Part shown: positions 17,540-27,088 of the stretch, one piece after another
How the letters are laid out: each line of letters opens with the position of its first letter
Numbering within the stretch: the stretch's first letter is position 1
NCBI GenBank assembly: GCA_964392315.1
Contig: CAYMOT010000001.1
Coordinates: 73,042 to 137,041, forward strand
Length of the DNA stretch: 64,000 nt
Direction: 5' to 3'
Source: an uncultured Candidatus Saccharibacteria bacterium
GTDB taxonomy: Bacteria; Patescibacteriota; 4484-211; JAGQKX01
Translations under genes and position numbers: made by a program
Notes under the pieces: model-generated
Told to the model about the DNA's origin: nothing
The model's database searches: none
The model's input: only the letters and a program-made list of their open reading frames with translations

Positions 17540-18910
17540 TTACACATTCCCCTGTTTAGCCTCCACCACAGCAAAGAACAACAGCAAACCCCACATAACC
17601 ACAAGTGTCAGCACTTCGACGAATGGGTGGGCAATATTGCGTAAATCATAAAACGCGCCAGGCACAAGTAATGCTACAAGAAACACCCAACCCAATAGAA
17701 ATACTGCCGGCATATATGCGAACCGCCTCAGCGTTTTGCTACCAACGAGAACGAGTCCTACTCCAACCGTATAGTACGGGGATGAGGTAAGTAAAAAATA
17801 CATAAGGATTGCTCCAAGCCCAACACTCACCATACTGCTATGCTTTATTACTGATATCAAATACAAAATTACTGCCGAGCTAGTAATTAGAAGTGACACT
17901 ACCACACGAAGCGTGTCGTTTGACACTAAATCAATCAGCATACTATGCAATCCAATATGAAACGGTTCTGCAATGATATACCGCGCGTGCATTGTTATTT
18001 TTTCAAAAAACTGAACCCAAGCCTCAAAGCCAAACACCAGTCCGCTGAGCAAAAAAAGTGCAGTTCCCCACACCACAAACCACCTCCAAAAAGTTATATA
18101 TGCAGTACGTGTTGAATGGTCTTTTACAAGAATCGCGTATATCGCTTTGCACATAAAGCCAAGTAGAAAGAGCGCTGGAAACAACCGAAAACTAACCGCA
18201 ACTGCAAAACACAAAGCGCTTATCGCATACCGCCGCTTTAGCCACGAAACCAAACCCCCGATACTTGCCGCAAGCCATACATATTGGAAATAGTTGCCCA
18301 TCAATCTCCCAAAGGTTCCATAAAACATTATGAAGAAAAAGCCTAATGTCACGGCTGTGCCTGGTGAGACTGCCAATGCTACGGTAACCAGCAATGCAGT
18401 AATTACCATCCAATCAAGCTGTATCGTTGCACGATACAGCGGCTCTCCTACAAGCGTACTATTTGCCAAGGGCTGACCTGCTAATAGCCACGCTGGAGAA
18501 GGGTTAAACCCTTTATCCTTTAGTACGCCTACCCAATATGACGGTTGTTGGTGCGAGAGTATTTGCTTTACTTCTTGAGAAAAGGTTTCCCATCGCCTCT
18601 GAGTAAAATTTTCCTCTGGACACTTCACTTTCTCTTCTTGCCAATAAGTTAGACGGTAGTTTTCCAAATTCCTAACCTGTTTATTGGCATGTACAAAAGA
18701 AGACTCAGAGTGTACGGCAAGAACGCATGCATAGAGATCGAAATATCCAAGCTCTTTGAAGTATTTTGCATTGATGTAGTAATGAAGCAGTGCCCAAGAA
18801 CTTTCTACGTGGCCAATATCTCTATTTTGAATCGAAACCAACCCATACGTACTGGCAAAAACTACCAAGGCAATTACGATAAACAGGCCTTTTCTTAAAG
18901 AGTACTGCAT
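17540..18910 (-). CDS. Polytopic integral membrane protein (456 aa), function unknown
   Basis: N-terminal TM helix, an extracytoplasmic region of about 140 aa, then at least 9 TM helices. No diagnostic motif recognised. Confidence 0.5.
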   Translation of the reverse strand: MQYSLRKGLFIVIALVVFASTYGLVSIQNRDIGHVESSWALLHYYINAKYFKELGYFDLYACVLAVHSESSFVHANKQVRNLENYRLTYWQEEKVKCPEENFTQRRWETFSQEVKQILSHQQPSYWVGVLKDKGFNPSPAWLLAGQPLANSTLVGEPLYRATIQLDWMVITALLVTVALAVSPGTAVTLGFFFIMFYGTFGRLMGNYFQYVWLAASIGGLVSWLKRRYAISALCFAVAVSFRLFPALFLLGFMCKAIYAILVKDHSTRTAYITFWRWFVVWGTALFLLSGLVFGFEAWVQFFEKITMHARYIIAEPFHIGLHSMLIDLVSNDTLRVVVSLLITSSAVILYLISVIKHSSMVSVGLGAILMYFLLTSSPYYTVGVGLVLVGSKTLRRFAYMPAVFLLGWVFLVALLVPGAFYDLRNIAHPFVEVLTLVVMWGLLLFFAVVEAKQGNV

Positions 18911-18917
18911 AAAAGCC

Positions 18918-19280
18918 TTAACGAACCCCCAGTAATAACAGCTTCCAATGTGCCAATGGGGTCATATCTTTCAATTGCTCAATGGCAGCATCCTCTTGAT
19001 TATCTTCACTTTCATCATTAACAACGATATATAGTGATTCTCCCGGTTTCATAAAGTTGAGTTTATTCCGAGCGACCATCTCTACAAACGCATTCGTATC
19101 TCGATCTGCCAATACTCTGCGTAATTTGCTATTTTGTTGCTGTATATCGGCAATTTCTGCCTCAAGTTGCTCAACACGTTGCCCACTTTGATAGGTTTTG
19201 ATACTCGTTCGACCTATTTGTATCATAACCACAATAATCGCACTAATAAGAACAAATTGAACGATTGTACTTCTTCGCAT
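18918..19280 (-). CDS. Septum formation initiator family protein (FtsB/DivIC-like)
   Basis: 120 aa: N-terminal TM helix, then a coiled coil (QLEAEIADIQQQNSKLRRVL), then the conserved C-terminal block NAFVEMVARNKLNFMKPGESLYIV, typical of DivIC/FtsB. Confidence 0.55.
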   Translation of the reverse strand: MRRSTIVQFVLISAIIVVMIQIGRTSIKTYQSGQRVEQLEAEIADIQQQNSKLRRVLADRDTNAFVEMVARNKLNFMKPGESLYIVVNDESEDNQEDAAIEQLKDMTPLAHWKLLLLGVR

Positions 19281-19368
19281 ATATACATACTACGTAAAAC
19301 AACGGAAGTCTTCAAGATTCGTGGCTACTTAGTAGCACGTGTATCATGTTGACAAACTGAATTAATGC

Positions 19369-20265
19369 ATGTTATATACCTATAGTATGATTACGGTAGA
19401 TACTGCACATAAGCAATTTGTCGACCACTTAAAAGAAAAAAACAGGGCTGAATCAACAATCCTTGCATACGGAAAAGACGTAGAACAACTACTTAACTTT
19501 GTAGGGAAAGAGTTAAGCAGGACCCACGTTCACCACATTCAAACCGACGACCTCAAATCATTCCTAAAAAAACTTGATGAGGAAGGGTTTACCAAAAAGA
19601 GCATTTCTCGTAAACTCAACTCTACCAAAACATTTTTTCGGTTTCTCAAGGTCAATGAATATATCACTGACGACCCCGCAGCAACGATCTCTCACCCCAA
19701 GTTCGAAACTAAACCACCACGAATTTTGACACGAACCGAGTATCGTGCGTTGCGGGATGCAGCGCGCAATGATGTACGAACCTACGCAATAATTGAGCTC
19801 CTTATACAAACCGGTGTGCGTATTGGCGAACTTGCACGTATTCGCATTGAGCATCTGTCCTTTACCGAAGACGGGAAAACCGGCAAGCTCTTCATTCCAG
19901 AATCCAGAACAACAGTAGAACGTACCATTCCCCTTAATGAAGCAGTTACCAAAGCAATCAAAGAATATATTGAAGAACGGCCTAATACCGATAATGATCG
20001 GTTGTTTGTCACCCGAACTGGCAGTCCTTTACTTGTAAGGAATATACGCAGCGCAATCGACCGCTACTACAAAAAGGCAGGCATTGCTGATGCCAAGGTC
20101 AACGATTTGAGGCATACCTTTATCGCTCACCACCTCAAACAAGGCGCAAGCGTGCTACTAATCTCAAAGATTGCGGGACACCGAAGGATTGCAACCACTG
20201 AGCGGTATTTGGAACACATAGACCGGGATTCGGAGGAAGACGAACCAAAACTCGAAACGCTCTAA
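19369..20265 (+). CDS. Tyrosine site-specific recombinase (XerC/XerD family)
   Basis: N-terminal SAM-like core-binding domain. C-terminal catalytic R...HxxR...Y (LRHTF...GHRRIATTERY), 298 aa. Confidence 0.8.
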   Translation: MLYTYSMITVDTAHKQFVDHLKEKNRAESTILAYGKDVEQLLNFVGKELSRTHVHHIQTDDLKSFLKKLDEEGFTKKSISRKLNSTKTFFRFLKVNEYITDDPAATISHPKFETKPPRILTRTEYRALRDAARNDVRTYAIIELLIQTGVRIGELARIRIEHLSFTEDGKTGKLFIPESRTTVERTIPLNEAVTKAIKEYIEERPNTDNDRLFVTRTGSPLLVRNIRSAIDRYYKKAGIADAKVNDLRHTFIAHHLKQGASVLLISKIAGHRRIATTERYLEHIDRDSEEDEPKLETL

Positions 20266-20334
20266 TAAGCCTCAGAAGACTCAAGACCACACGGGACGTT
20301 CTCTAAATACAAATTCCACGCTATAATACACCCT

Positions 20335-21021
20335 ATGAAAAAGTCGACCCAAGTACTTTTTATTACGTTAAAGACTATCGCGAATTCATTTATATTATCG
20401 GGTATTTTATATCTTGTATGGACGTTTTTTCCCATAATTCGGCTTGAGGCAAGTTATGTATGGGCAGAATGGTTTGACGAAGCAAAAGTTCAGCCGACAC
20501 CCATTGCACTTGAGCCTGAGCCCCCGGCAAATATAACACCAACGCCTATTCCTCTAGCCAGCGCTCCCATCAACACGGACGCCGCGATAATCATAGAAAA
20601 AATTAACGTCAACTCCCCTATCGCACTACGTGTATCGGTAAGCGATAAAGACGCATACTTTAAAGCACTAGAACAAGGTGTTGCGCATGCAAATGGAACA
20701 GCGCTACCAAGCGAGGAACCCGGCAACACGTATCTTTTTGCACATTCAACACCAAACCCACTTGAAATCAAAAAATATGCGGCAGAGTTTACACTGTTAA
20801 ACAAACTCGCACTCAATGACCGAATCACCATTATGTATGAAAATAAGCGGTATGATTATGTGATTACTGAGTCAAAGATAGTAAAGTCCTTTGACCTCTC
20901 ACCTCTCCTAGACCCAGTAGAAAAACCAACACTTACACTACAGACCTGTGATCCACCGGGAATACCTATCAATCGTTTAATTGTTCGGGCTGAACTCGTA
21001 GGCGTGTATGATAGCGTGTAA
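20335..21021 (+). CDS. Sortase family transpeptidase
   Basis: N-terminal TM anchor, catalytic TLxTC motif (LTLQTCDPPG), upstream His (YLFAHS), downstream Arg (NRLIVRAEL). Confidence 0.6.
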   Translation: MKKSTQVLFITLKTIANSFILSGILYLVWTFFPIIRLEASYVWAEWFDEAKVQPTPIALEPEPPANITPTPIPLASAPINTDAAIIIEKINVNSPIALRVSVSDKDAYFKALEQGVAHANGTALPSEEPGNTYLFAHSTPNPLEIKKYAAEFTLLNKLALNDRITIMYENKRYDYVITESKIVKSFDLSPLLDPVEKPTLTLQTCDPPGIPINRLIVRAELVGVYDSV

Positions 21022-21046
21022 TAGGGGCATGCGGAAACCAAACTTC

Positions 21047-21790
21047 TTATTTATCAAATGTATAGAATTCTGACGCAAGCAGCTCCCTCTTCTCCCATTT
21101 TTCTTTAAACGCTTCATCAATGACATGTTGAGAACGATGTGCGCCAATTGCACGCAGTTTTATATCTGCAACGTCGCTTCTAAGGGTTAGCTTAAATGTT
21201 GGAGGCAGGGGGACAAACACATGATTCGGCTGCGCCATCTTTCTTGCCGCTGCAGATGGATTATAGATCTCTCCCTGCACTGTTGCAAAAAGTAGTTTTA
21301 ATTGCTGCTCCCGTGCGACCATTGTTATGATATTGGTGGTAGTAATGTGATCGGGGTGACCATAGATACCACTGGGTTCAAGGGTCAATAAAATCGAAGG
21401 CTGCTGTATCAAACACACATTTTTAAGATGTTTTTTAATCGCCTCACATTCACTCGCGATACCTCCATCTGGAAACGAACCAACAAACAAAGAAGAGATA
21501 CCCAGAATTTCAGAAGCTTTCCGCGCCTCGCTCTCTCGAATACTTCCCAAGTCTTCATCTCTGTTTAACCCAAATCGTAATGTACTTTTCTCCCCTTTTG
21601 TCAGTATCAATAAATGTGTAAAAACACCCGCTATTGTTAATAGACGCAGCAAGCCACCCGCGTACACACTCTCATCGTCGGGATGCGGAAATACCGCAAG
21701 TACCCGATCTTCGCGTCCAATATCCAAAGAAGAAATATCGCTAATAATTTGCATGAAGGGAATTGTATTCTGAGCCTGTTTATAAAGCAA
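21047..21790 (-). CDS. PIG-L/LmbE family N-acetylglucosaminyl deacetylase
   Basis: Signature AVFPHPDDESVYAGG (HPDDE zinc-binding motif) near the N-terminus, 247 aa. Confidence 0.8.
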   Translation of the reverse strand: MLYKQAQNTIPFMQIISDISSLDIGREDRVLAVFPHPDDESVYAGGLLRLLTIAGVFTHLLILTKGEKSTLRFGLNRDEDLGSIRESEARKASEILGISSLFVGSFPDGGIASECEAIKKHLKNVCLIQQPSILLTLEPSGIYGHPDHITTTNIITMVAREQQLKLLFATVQGEIYNPSAAARKMAQPNHVFVPLPPTFKLTLRSDVADIKLRAIGAHRSQHVIDEAFKEKWEKRELLASEFYTFDK

Positions 21791-21822
21791 ATCGAAGAAT
21801 ATGAAATGAAGAAATTACGTTC

Positions 21823-21897
21823 CTGGTGGGCTTGGGAGGGATCGAACCTCCGACCACGAAGATATAAGCTTCGCGCTCTACCACTGAGCTACAAGCC
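21823..21897 (-). tRNA. tRNA-Ile with UAU anticodon (AUA decoder), CCA encoded
   Basis: Reverse complement GGGCTTGTAGCTCAGTGGTAGAGCGCGAAGCTTATATCTTCGTGGTCGGAGGTTCGATCCCTCCCAAGCCCACCA. 75 nt, all stems Watson-Crick, U33, anticodon TAT, A37. Confidence 0.75.
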
Positions 21898-21970
21898 CAA
21901 AATATCCCGTTGGGATATTTTGTGTATAACACACAGGCTTCCCAACATAGTCTTGCACCAACAAGAAGGA
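21898..21970 (-). promoter_or_regulatory. Conserved tRNA leader module (paralog of 114-190)
   Basis: Identical IR AAAATATCCC-GTT-GGGATATTTT (21898-21920) abutting the tRNA 5' end. Palindrome TGTGT-ATAAC-ACACA (21921-21935). Shared downstream blocks cccaacatNNtcttgc...caagaagga. Confidence 0.5.
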
Positions 21971-22477
21971 TACATGACATACTACAAAATACCCGCCAAA
22001 CTAAAATCCCCACAACTCCCATACATTACACAGTATGCCCAACTTCTCTATTTTACCCAAAACATACCATATATACAAAAAAACGCCCACTTCCTAGTGT
22101 TCAGCAGAAGAATCCTGTTATCGACTTATATGTCGCAACGGCTTCAGCCAAACACTGGGAACTGAGCGCTTATCCTATAAAAAGCAAGATGTGTGTGCAT
22201 TGTTTTGCACAACCACCTGTTTTTCGTACAGGAGAAGTATATAACACCCAAGAGCACATTGTCAACCCCCTTGCCCAGCAGTAACCCTGTTTACCAAAAA
22301 ATACATACGTTTCACTTGCAACAAACCTCACCATGGAGGGGTATAATCGTGCCGAGCAGTCCCGACAGGTACACGTATAATTGATTGCCTTTACCGAATT
22401 ATGGACTGTGGAAAATTTGGGTTTGTGGAAAACAATCTACACTAATGAGAGTAACACACGAAGAAAATATCCGTTAA

Positions 22478-24871
22478 TTATACTAAAACAACCCGCAACG
22501 CCTCGTCTATCGTGTCAATGAAGGTTACCGTGATATCCTGACGTAGCTCTTTTTCAATTTCTTCAAAGTCTCCCTTGTTTTTTGAAGGCAAAACCACGTT
22601 AGTAATACCGGCGCGCTTTGCAGCTAACACCTTCTCTTTTATGCCCCCCACGGGTAACACAAGCCCAATCAAGCTAATCTCTCCGGTCATCGCAACATCA
22701 CTCCGCACATTCCGATTTGTTGCCAGAGAAGCCAGCGCGGTTGTCATAGCAACACCTGCTGACGGCCCATCTTTGGGAACAGCGCCTGCTGGCACATGTA
22801 AATGGATGTCGTTCGTTTTGAAAAAGTCCTTATTGATATTAAGTTGGCCTGATCGGGCACGCACGAGAGAAAGCGCCGCATGTGCGGATTCCTTCATCAC
22901 ATCACCCAACTGCCCAGTCACCTGGAAACGCCGAGTCCCTGGCATGGCCGTTGCCTCAATAAAGAGGATTTCTCCTCCGACTGGGGTAACTCCCAAGCCT
23001 GTTGCAACACCAGGTTCTGACGTACGCCGTGCGACCTCTAAATGGACCTTTTCTGGACCGAGATACTCTTTGAGGGTTTTGTGCGTAATTTTTACAGAAT
23101 CTCCACCACGTGTTTCAATTCTCCAAGCCGCTTTTCTACACAATTTCGCTAACTCCCGTTCCAGATTTCGCACCCCTGCCTCACGCGTATAATCCGCGAT
23201 GATTGCATTAATCGCCGCATCGGTTATGGTGACAGCTTTTGTATCTAACCCATGCTCTTTCCGTTGCTTTGGCCAAAGATACCGTTTTGCAATTTGGAGT
23301 TTTTCCTCAGAGGTATATCCACTCAAACGAATCACTTCCATGCGATCAAGGAGCGCAGGGTGCACAGTATCGAGAGAATTTGCCGTAGCGATAAAAAACA
23401 CGTCAGAAAGGTCAAAATCTAAATCAATATAGTGATCGCGAAAATGGCTATTTTGTTCAGGATCCAATACTTCAAGCATTGCTGCGGCCGGATCCCCCTG
23501 AAAACTAGAATTCATCTTATCGATCTCATCAAGCATGAATACAGGATTTTTTGAACCAGCCCGCTTGAGCCCTTGCACAATTCGACCTGGCATTGCACCA
23601 ATGTATGTTCTTCGATGCCCACGGATTTCAGATTCATCATGAACCCCTCCGAGACTCATACGCACAAAACGTCTATTCAACGCACGAGCAACTGACTTTC
23701 CCAGGGACGTCTTCCCTACTCCTGGGGGGCCAACAAAACACAGGATCGGGCCGGTATGCTCACTACGCAATTTTCGAACTGCTAAGTATTCTAAAATACG
23801 CTCTTTCGGCTCTTTGAGCCCATAATGATCACGATCAAGGATTTTTTGAGAACGATCCAAATCGAGCTTGTCCTTTGTACGCTTATTCCAAGGCAAATCA
23901 AAAACCCAATCCAGATATGTTCGGACTACTTGATATTCCGCTGACATCGGATTCATCCGTTCCAATCGCTCAAGTTCACGCTCTATCTCTGCACGTGCCT
24001 CATCAGACAATCGCAACTTCTTTAATGCGAGTCGATACTCTTCTGCCTCAGCCGCAGTCTCAGACTCTTCTCCCAATTCTTTCTGAATAGCCTTCATTTT
24101 TTGCCGAAGAAAGTATTCCCGCTGGCTCTTAGTAAAGTCTTTTCGTATATCCTCTTGTATTTTGCCACCGAGCTGAAGCAGCTCATCCTCACGGGTTAAG
24201 ACCTTAATGAGATGGTCTAGCTTTGCCTCAACACTGGAGAGCGCTAGTACTTTTTGCCGTTCCTCTACCTTCATCCCAACTACCGTTGATATGAGATATG
24301 CCAGCTTGAGTGGATCATCAAGACTTTCAAGCGCGAACTGTAACTCTTGGTGCGGCAAGTACGGGGTTTGAGCAATGATATTTTGAGCAGTTGCCAAAGC
24401 GGTTTTAGCCAATGCCTTAACCTTTCGACTCTGTTCAACGATATCAGGGAGTTCTTGTACGGTACCCACCCACGGAACCGAATCTGTCTGAATATCTAAT
24501 AATTCAATTTTCGAAACACCTTGCAAAATGACCATTGTACCCTGGGTAGAAACCGGGACAATCTTATGGATAATACAGGCAGTACCAATAGAATAGAGCG
24601 CAGATGGTTGCAAAGGATCCTCTTTTTTTGTTTCTGGTTTAATACTGAAAACTCCGACAGTGCGATCGTTTTGCAATGCCCATCGAGCCGCTTTCGCGCC
24701 TATCTTGTCATCCACGTACACAGGGATGACCGTGTACGGATACACAACAGTGTCTTTTATGGGAAGAATTGGCACTTGGCTCGGACCTTTGCTTTCGACC
24801 CCTTGTTCTACAGTAGAATCGATGTTTTCTTCAACATCTTGGACATTTCTTGCTTTTCTAAAAAGTGGCAT
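22478..24871 (-). CDS. lon: ATP-dependent Lon protease
   Basis: N-terminal LON substrate domain, AAA+ Walker A GPPGVGKTS, C-terminal Ser-Lys dyad protease domain (PKDGPSAG...K), 797 aa. Confidence 0.9.
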   Translation of the reverse strand: MPLFRKARNVQDVEENIDSTVEQGVESKGPSQVPILPIKDTVVYPYTVIPVYVDDKIGAKAARWALQNDRTVGVFSIKPETKKEDPLQPSALYSIGTACIIHKIVPVSTQGTMVILQGVSKIELLDIQTDSVPWVGTVQELPDIVEQSRKVKALAKTALATAQNIIAQTPYLPHQELQFALESLDDPLKLAYLISTVVGMKVEERQKVLALSSVEAKLDHLIKVLTREDELLQLGGKIQEDIRKDFTKSQREYFLRQKMKAIQKELGEESETAAEAEEYRLALKKLRLSDEARAEIERELERLERMNPMSAEYQVVRTYLDWVFDLPWNKRTKDKLDLDRSQKILDRDHYGLKEPKERILEYLAVRKLRSEHTGPILCFVGPPGVGKTSLGKSVARALNRRFVRMSLGGVHDESEIRGHRRTYIGAMPGRIVQGLKRAGSKNPVFMLDEIDKMNSSFQGDPAAAMLEVLDPEQNSHFRDHYIDLDFDLSDVFFIATANSLDTVHPALLDRMEVIRLSGYTSEEKLQIAKRYLWPKQRKEHGLDTKAVTITDAAINAIIADYTREAGVRNLERELAKLCRKAAWRIETRGGDSVKITHKTLKEYLGPEKVHLEVARRTSEPGVATGLGVTPVGGEILFIEATAMPGTRRFQVTGQLGDVMKESAHAALSLVRARSGQLNINKDFFKTNDIHLHVPAGAVPKDGPSAGVAMTTALASLATNRNVRSDVAMTGEISLIGLVLPVGGIKEKVLAAKRAGITNVVLPSKNKGDFEEIEKELRQDITVTFIDTIDEALRVVLV

Positions 24872-24926
24872 ATGGTTTGAATAATAACACGATTATCAGA
24901 ACTGTAAATAGAGTGATTGTCGTGAG

Positions 24927-25508
24927 CTATACCCTCATTAAAAAGATACCTGCCCCTATGACAAAGAGGCCAATGGGCACATTCCACCGAAAGACCTTGC
25001 TGCCATCGAGGTTCCAAAGTGGCAACATATTAAAGACAGTGAGCCATGCATTGATAAAAATGCCACTCTGCACAATAAGCGCAGCAATCCCACTCACCGG
25101 CAATAAAGTACGGATTACTATAAAAAATAATGCAAGCGCAATATTTGTTAAAGGCCCGGCAACTGATATTTTGCCATTCTCACTTGTGCTTACAACGCCA
25201 CCAACCATTACTGCCCCAGGAGCAGCAAACACGATGCCTGTAAAGCTCATAATGACTGCCAGCAGGAGCCCCATATCAAAACTTCTAAATTCAGCCCAAC
25301 ACCCAAAGTGTTGCGCAACAAACTTGTGCGCGAGTTCATGCAAAAGAAACGCAAGCCCTACCGTGACCGAGGACACAAAAAACGCTTGGATAAATTGCCC
25401 TCCCCCACTCGATCCAAAAGAGCCAGTCATGCCGGCTATGGTAAAAGCGAGCGAGATTGCAGCCCAACTTTTTATTAATTGAGAAATTTCTTCGTCACTA
25501 AATCGCAT
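24927..25508 (-). CDS. M50 family (site-2 protease-like) membrane metalloprotease
   Basis: HExxH within a TM helix (LLHELAHKF) plus the downstream NxxPxxxLDG motif (NMLPLWNLDGSKV) that defines S2P/M50. The antisense 205-aa ORF is rejected. Confidence 0.7.
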   Translation of the reverse strand: MRFSDEEISQLIKSWAAISLAFTIAGMTGSFGSSGGGQFIQAFFVSSVTVGLAFLLHELAHKFVAQHFGCWAEFRSFDMGLLLAVIMSFTGIVFAAPGAVMVGGVVSTSENGKISVAGPLTNIALALFFIVIRTLLPVSGIAALIVQSGIFINAWLTVFNMLPLWNLDGSKVFRWNVPIGLFVIGAGIFLMRV

Positions 25509-25604
25509 GCGGATATTGTATGAGATAGGATTCGAAAAATCTATGAATTGAATTTTCTTACGTATACAACGTGCTTGGGAGAAAATTACGCGCGAGGAGA
25601 TCGG

Positions 25605-25844
25605 TTATTCTTCCTCATCCTCTTCAACAGCCACATACCCTAAGTGATCCATCTCATATTGCTCTATGTATTTCTCGGGATCCATATTGTACAGCAACTG
25701 ATCCTCACGAACTTGCATGATTAAACGTGTACAATAATCTATTGTTTCAAGAGGGTCTTCGGTATACACAGGAGGGTTTCCGTATACGAGGCGCACACTC
25801 GAAATCCGCTGGTGCCGATTGCTCGTATGGAAGGAATTATCCAT
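25605..25844 (-). CDS. Hypothetical small acidic protein (79 aa)
   Basis: ORF with an EEDEEE C-terminus. No motif recognised. Confidence 0.35.
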   Translation of the reverse strand: MDNSFHTSNRHQRISSVRLVYGNPPVYTEDPLETIDYCTRLIMQVREDQLLYNMDPEKYIEQYEMDHLGYVAVEEDEEE

Positions 25845-25875
25845 ATCGGAATGGTACTCTATTTGACTAGATCAG

Positions 25876-26442
25876 TCAACGCAAGACAAGAAACAAAACA
25901 GCTGGCAGTGCCACCCCCCCTACAAGCTGCATCACAGTATGTTTCTTTAATACGAGCCTACTCCACGCGACAATACTCAGTGCCACAACCCCGGCCACTA
26001 CCGGAAGGCCTATTAACTGCACAGCTAATACAAAGAACATGGTATTTCCAACCATATGCAAACTGATTTTCCAAAAAAAGGAAATGATGGTAGCAAGTAA
26101 AAGAGATATATAAATCCAAACTGCGATAGAAAAGTAGAATGAAGTACCCCACCTAAAAGCCAAGACCAACCCAAGTGTAAAAATAGCCTGTATAGTAATA
26201 AGAACTGGTGGCCGCTGTCTTCGATCTGTCACTTCTATATCGCTTATTCTCCCCGTCAGATAAAATAAGATATAGACCACCATCGGCGCAGTCACATTAA
26301 TCACAAACATCACCATGATAAACAATAACGAGCTACGCCATACCAGGTCTGTTGCAAAGCTCATAAGCGCCCAAATCCCCAGAGATACGGTTGATTCAGG
26401 ACCAAATATGCGAGAGATAACAAACGCCAACCTTTTCGTCAT
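25876..26442 (-). CDS. Hypothetical integral membrane protein (188 aa)
   Basis: Five to six hydrophobic helices. No motif recognised. Confidence 0.45.
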   Translation of the reverse strand: MTKRLAFVISRIFGPESTVSLGIWALMSFATDLVWRSSLLFIMVMFVINVTAPMVVYILFYLTGRISDIEVTDRRQRPPVLITIQAIFTLGLVLAFRWGTSFYFSIAVWIYISLLLATIISFFWKISLHMVGNTMFFVLAVQLIGLPVVAGVVALSIVAWSRLVLKKHTVMQLVGGVALPAVLFLVLR

Positions 26443-26476
26443 ATAAGGATTGTAAATGATATGAAATAATTATCCT

Positions 26477-27088
26477 ATGGTTATGCCTGCACATTTTGAT
26501 TATGAACAAGAGCTATGGAATAAAGGGATACAGAACATCGCTGGTATCGACGAGGTTGGCCGTGGGCCATGGGCAGGGCCTGTGGTTGCCGCGGCTGTTA
26601 TTTTTCCCGCTTTCGGCACATTACCTTTCTCGTTACGAGACTCCAAGATGCTTTCAGTACGTCAACGTGAGAGATTGCATAACGAAATCACGCACCACGC
26701 AGTATCTATAGGAATTGGTGCAGTATCCGCACAAGAGATTGATGCTATAGGAATCTCGGCGAGTACTCTCAAAGCAATGGCGATTGCTATTGAAGCACTG
26801 GACATTACTCCCGACCATTACCTCATCGACGCATTTGGTATTCCTGCTTTACCAAAAGAGATGCAAACCGCCATCATCAAAGGCGACGCAATCTCTGCAA
26901 GCATCGCCGCCGCTTCAATAATTGCCAAAACATACCGTGATGAGCTCATGATGAACCTTTCAAAAGAGGCACAATACGGTAAATACGGATTTGAAAAACA
27001 TAAAGGGTACGGAACAAAATTACATCGAGAACACATTGAAAGATACGGACTTTCCGATGTACATCGCAAAACATTTATCCATTTCTAA
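26477..27088 (+). CDS. rnhB: Ribonuclease HII
   Basis: Classic N-terminal IAGIDEVGRGPWAGPVVAAAV with catalytic D/E. 203 aa. Confidence 0.9.
   Translation: MVMPAHFDYEQELWNKGIQNIAGIDEVGRGPWAGPVVAAAVIFPAFGTLPFSLRDSKMLSVRQRERLHNEITHHAVSIGIGAVSAQEIDAIGISASTLKAMAIAIEALDITPDHYLIDAFGIPALPKEMQTAIIKGDAISASIAAASIIAKTYRDELMMNLSKEAQYGKYGFEKHKGYGTKLHREHIERYGLSDVHRKTFIHF

Noticed and set aside
19369-20265. Calling the recombinase a phage integrase / integrated prophage.
   Set aside because: Flanking cargo is housekeeping (FtsB-like, sortase, deacetylase). There are no phage genes and no clear att duplication at the tRNA borders. I kept it only as a low-interest finding.
21683-22284. ORFs 21683-22165 (+), 21780-22022 (-) and 21910-22284 (+) in the tRNA-Ile(UAU) / intergenic region.
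   Set aside because: They overlap the tRNA and its conserved leader. Their translation is low-complexity (His/Pro/Thr/Tyr-rich), and there is no SD. I treat the tract as non-coding.
22290-22400. Possible SRP RNA or RNase P RNA in the lon-tRNA intergenic tract (CTGTTTACC, GCAGTCCCGACAGG strings).
   Set aside because: The matches to 4.5S domain IV (…GGUCAGGUCCGGAAGGAAGCAGCC…) and to RNase P P4 (AGGAAAGUCCGGGCUCC) do not extend beyond 8-9 nt. No convincing helices.
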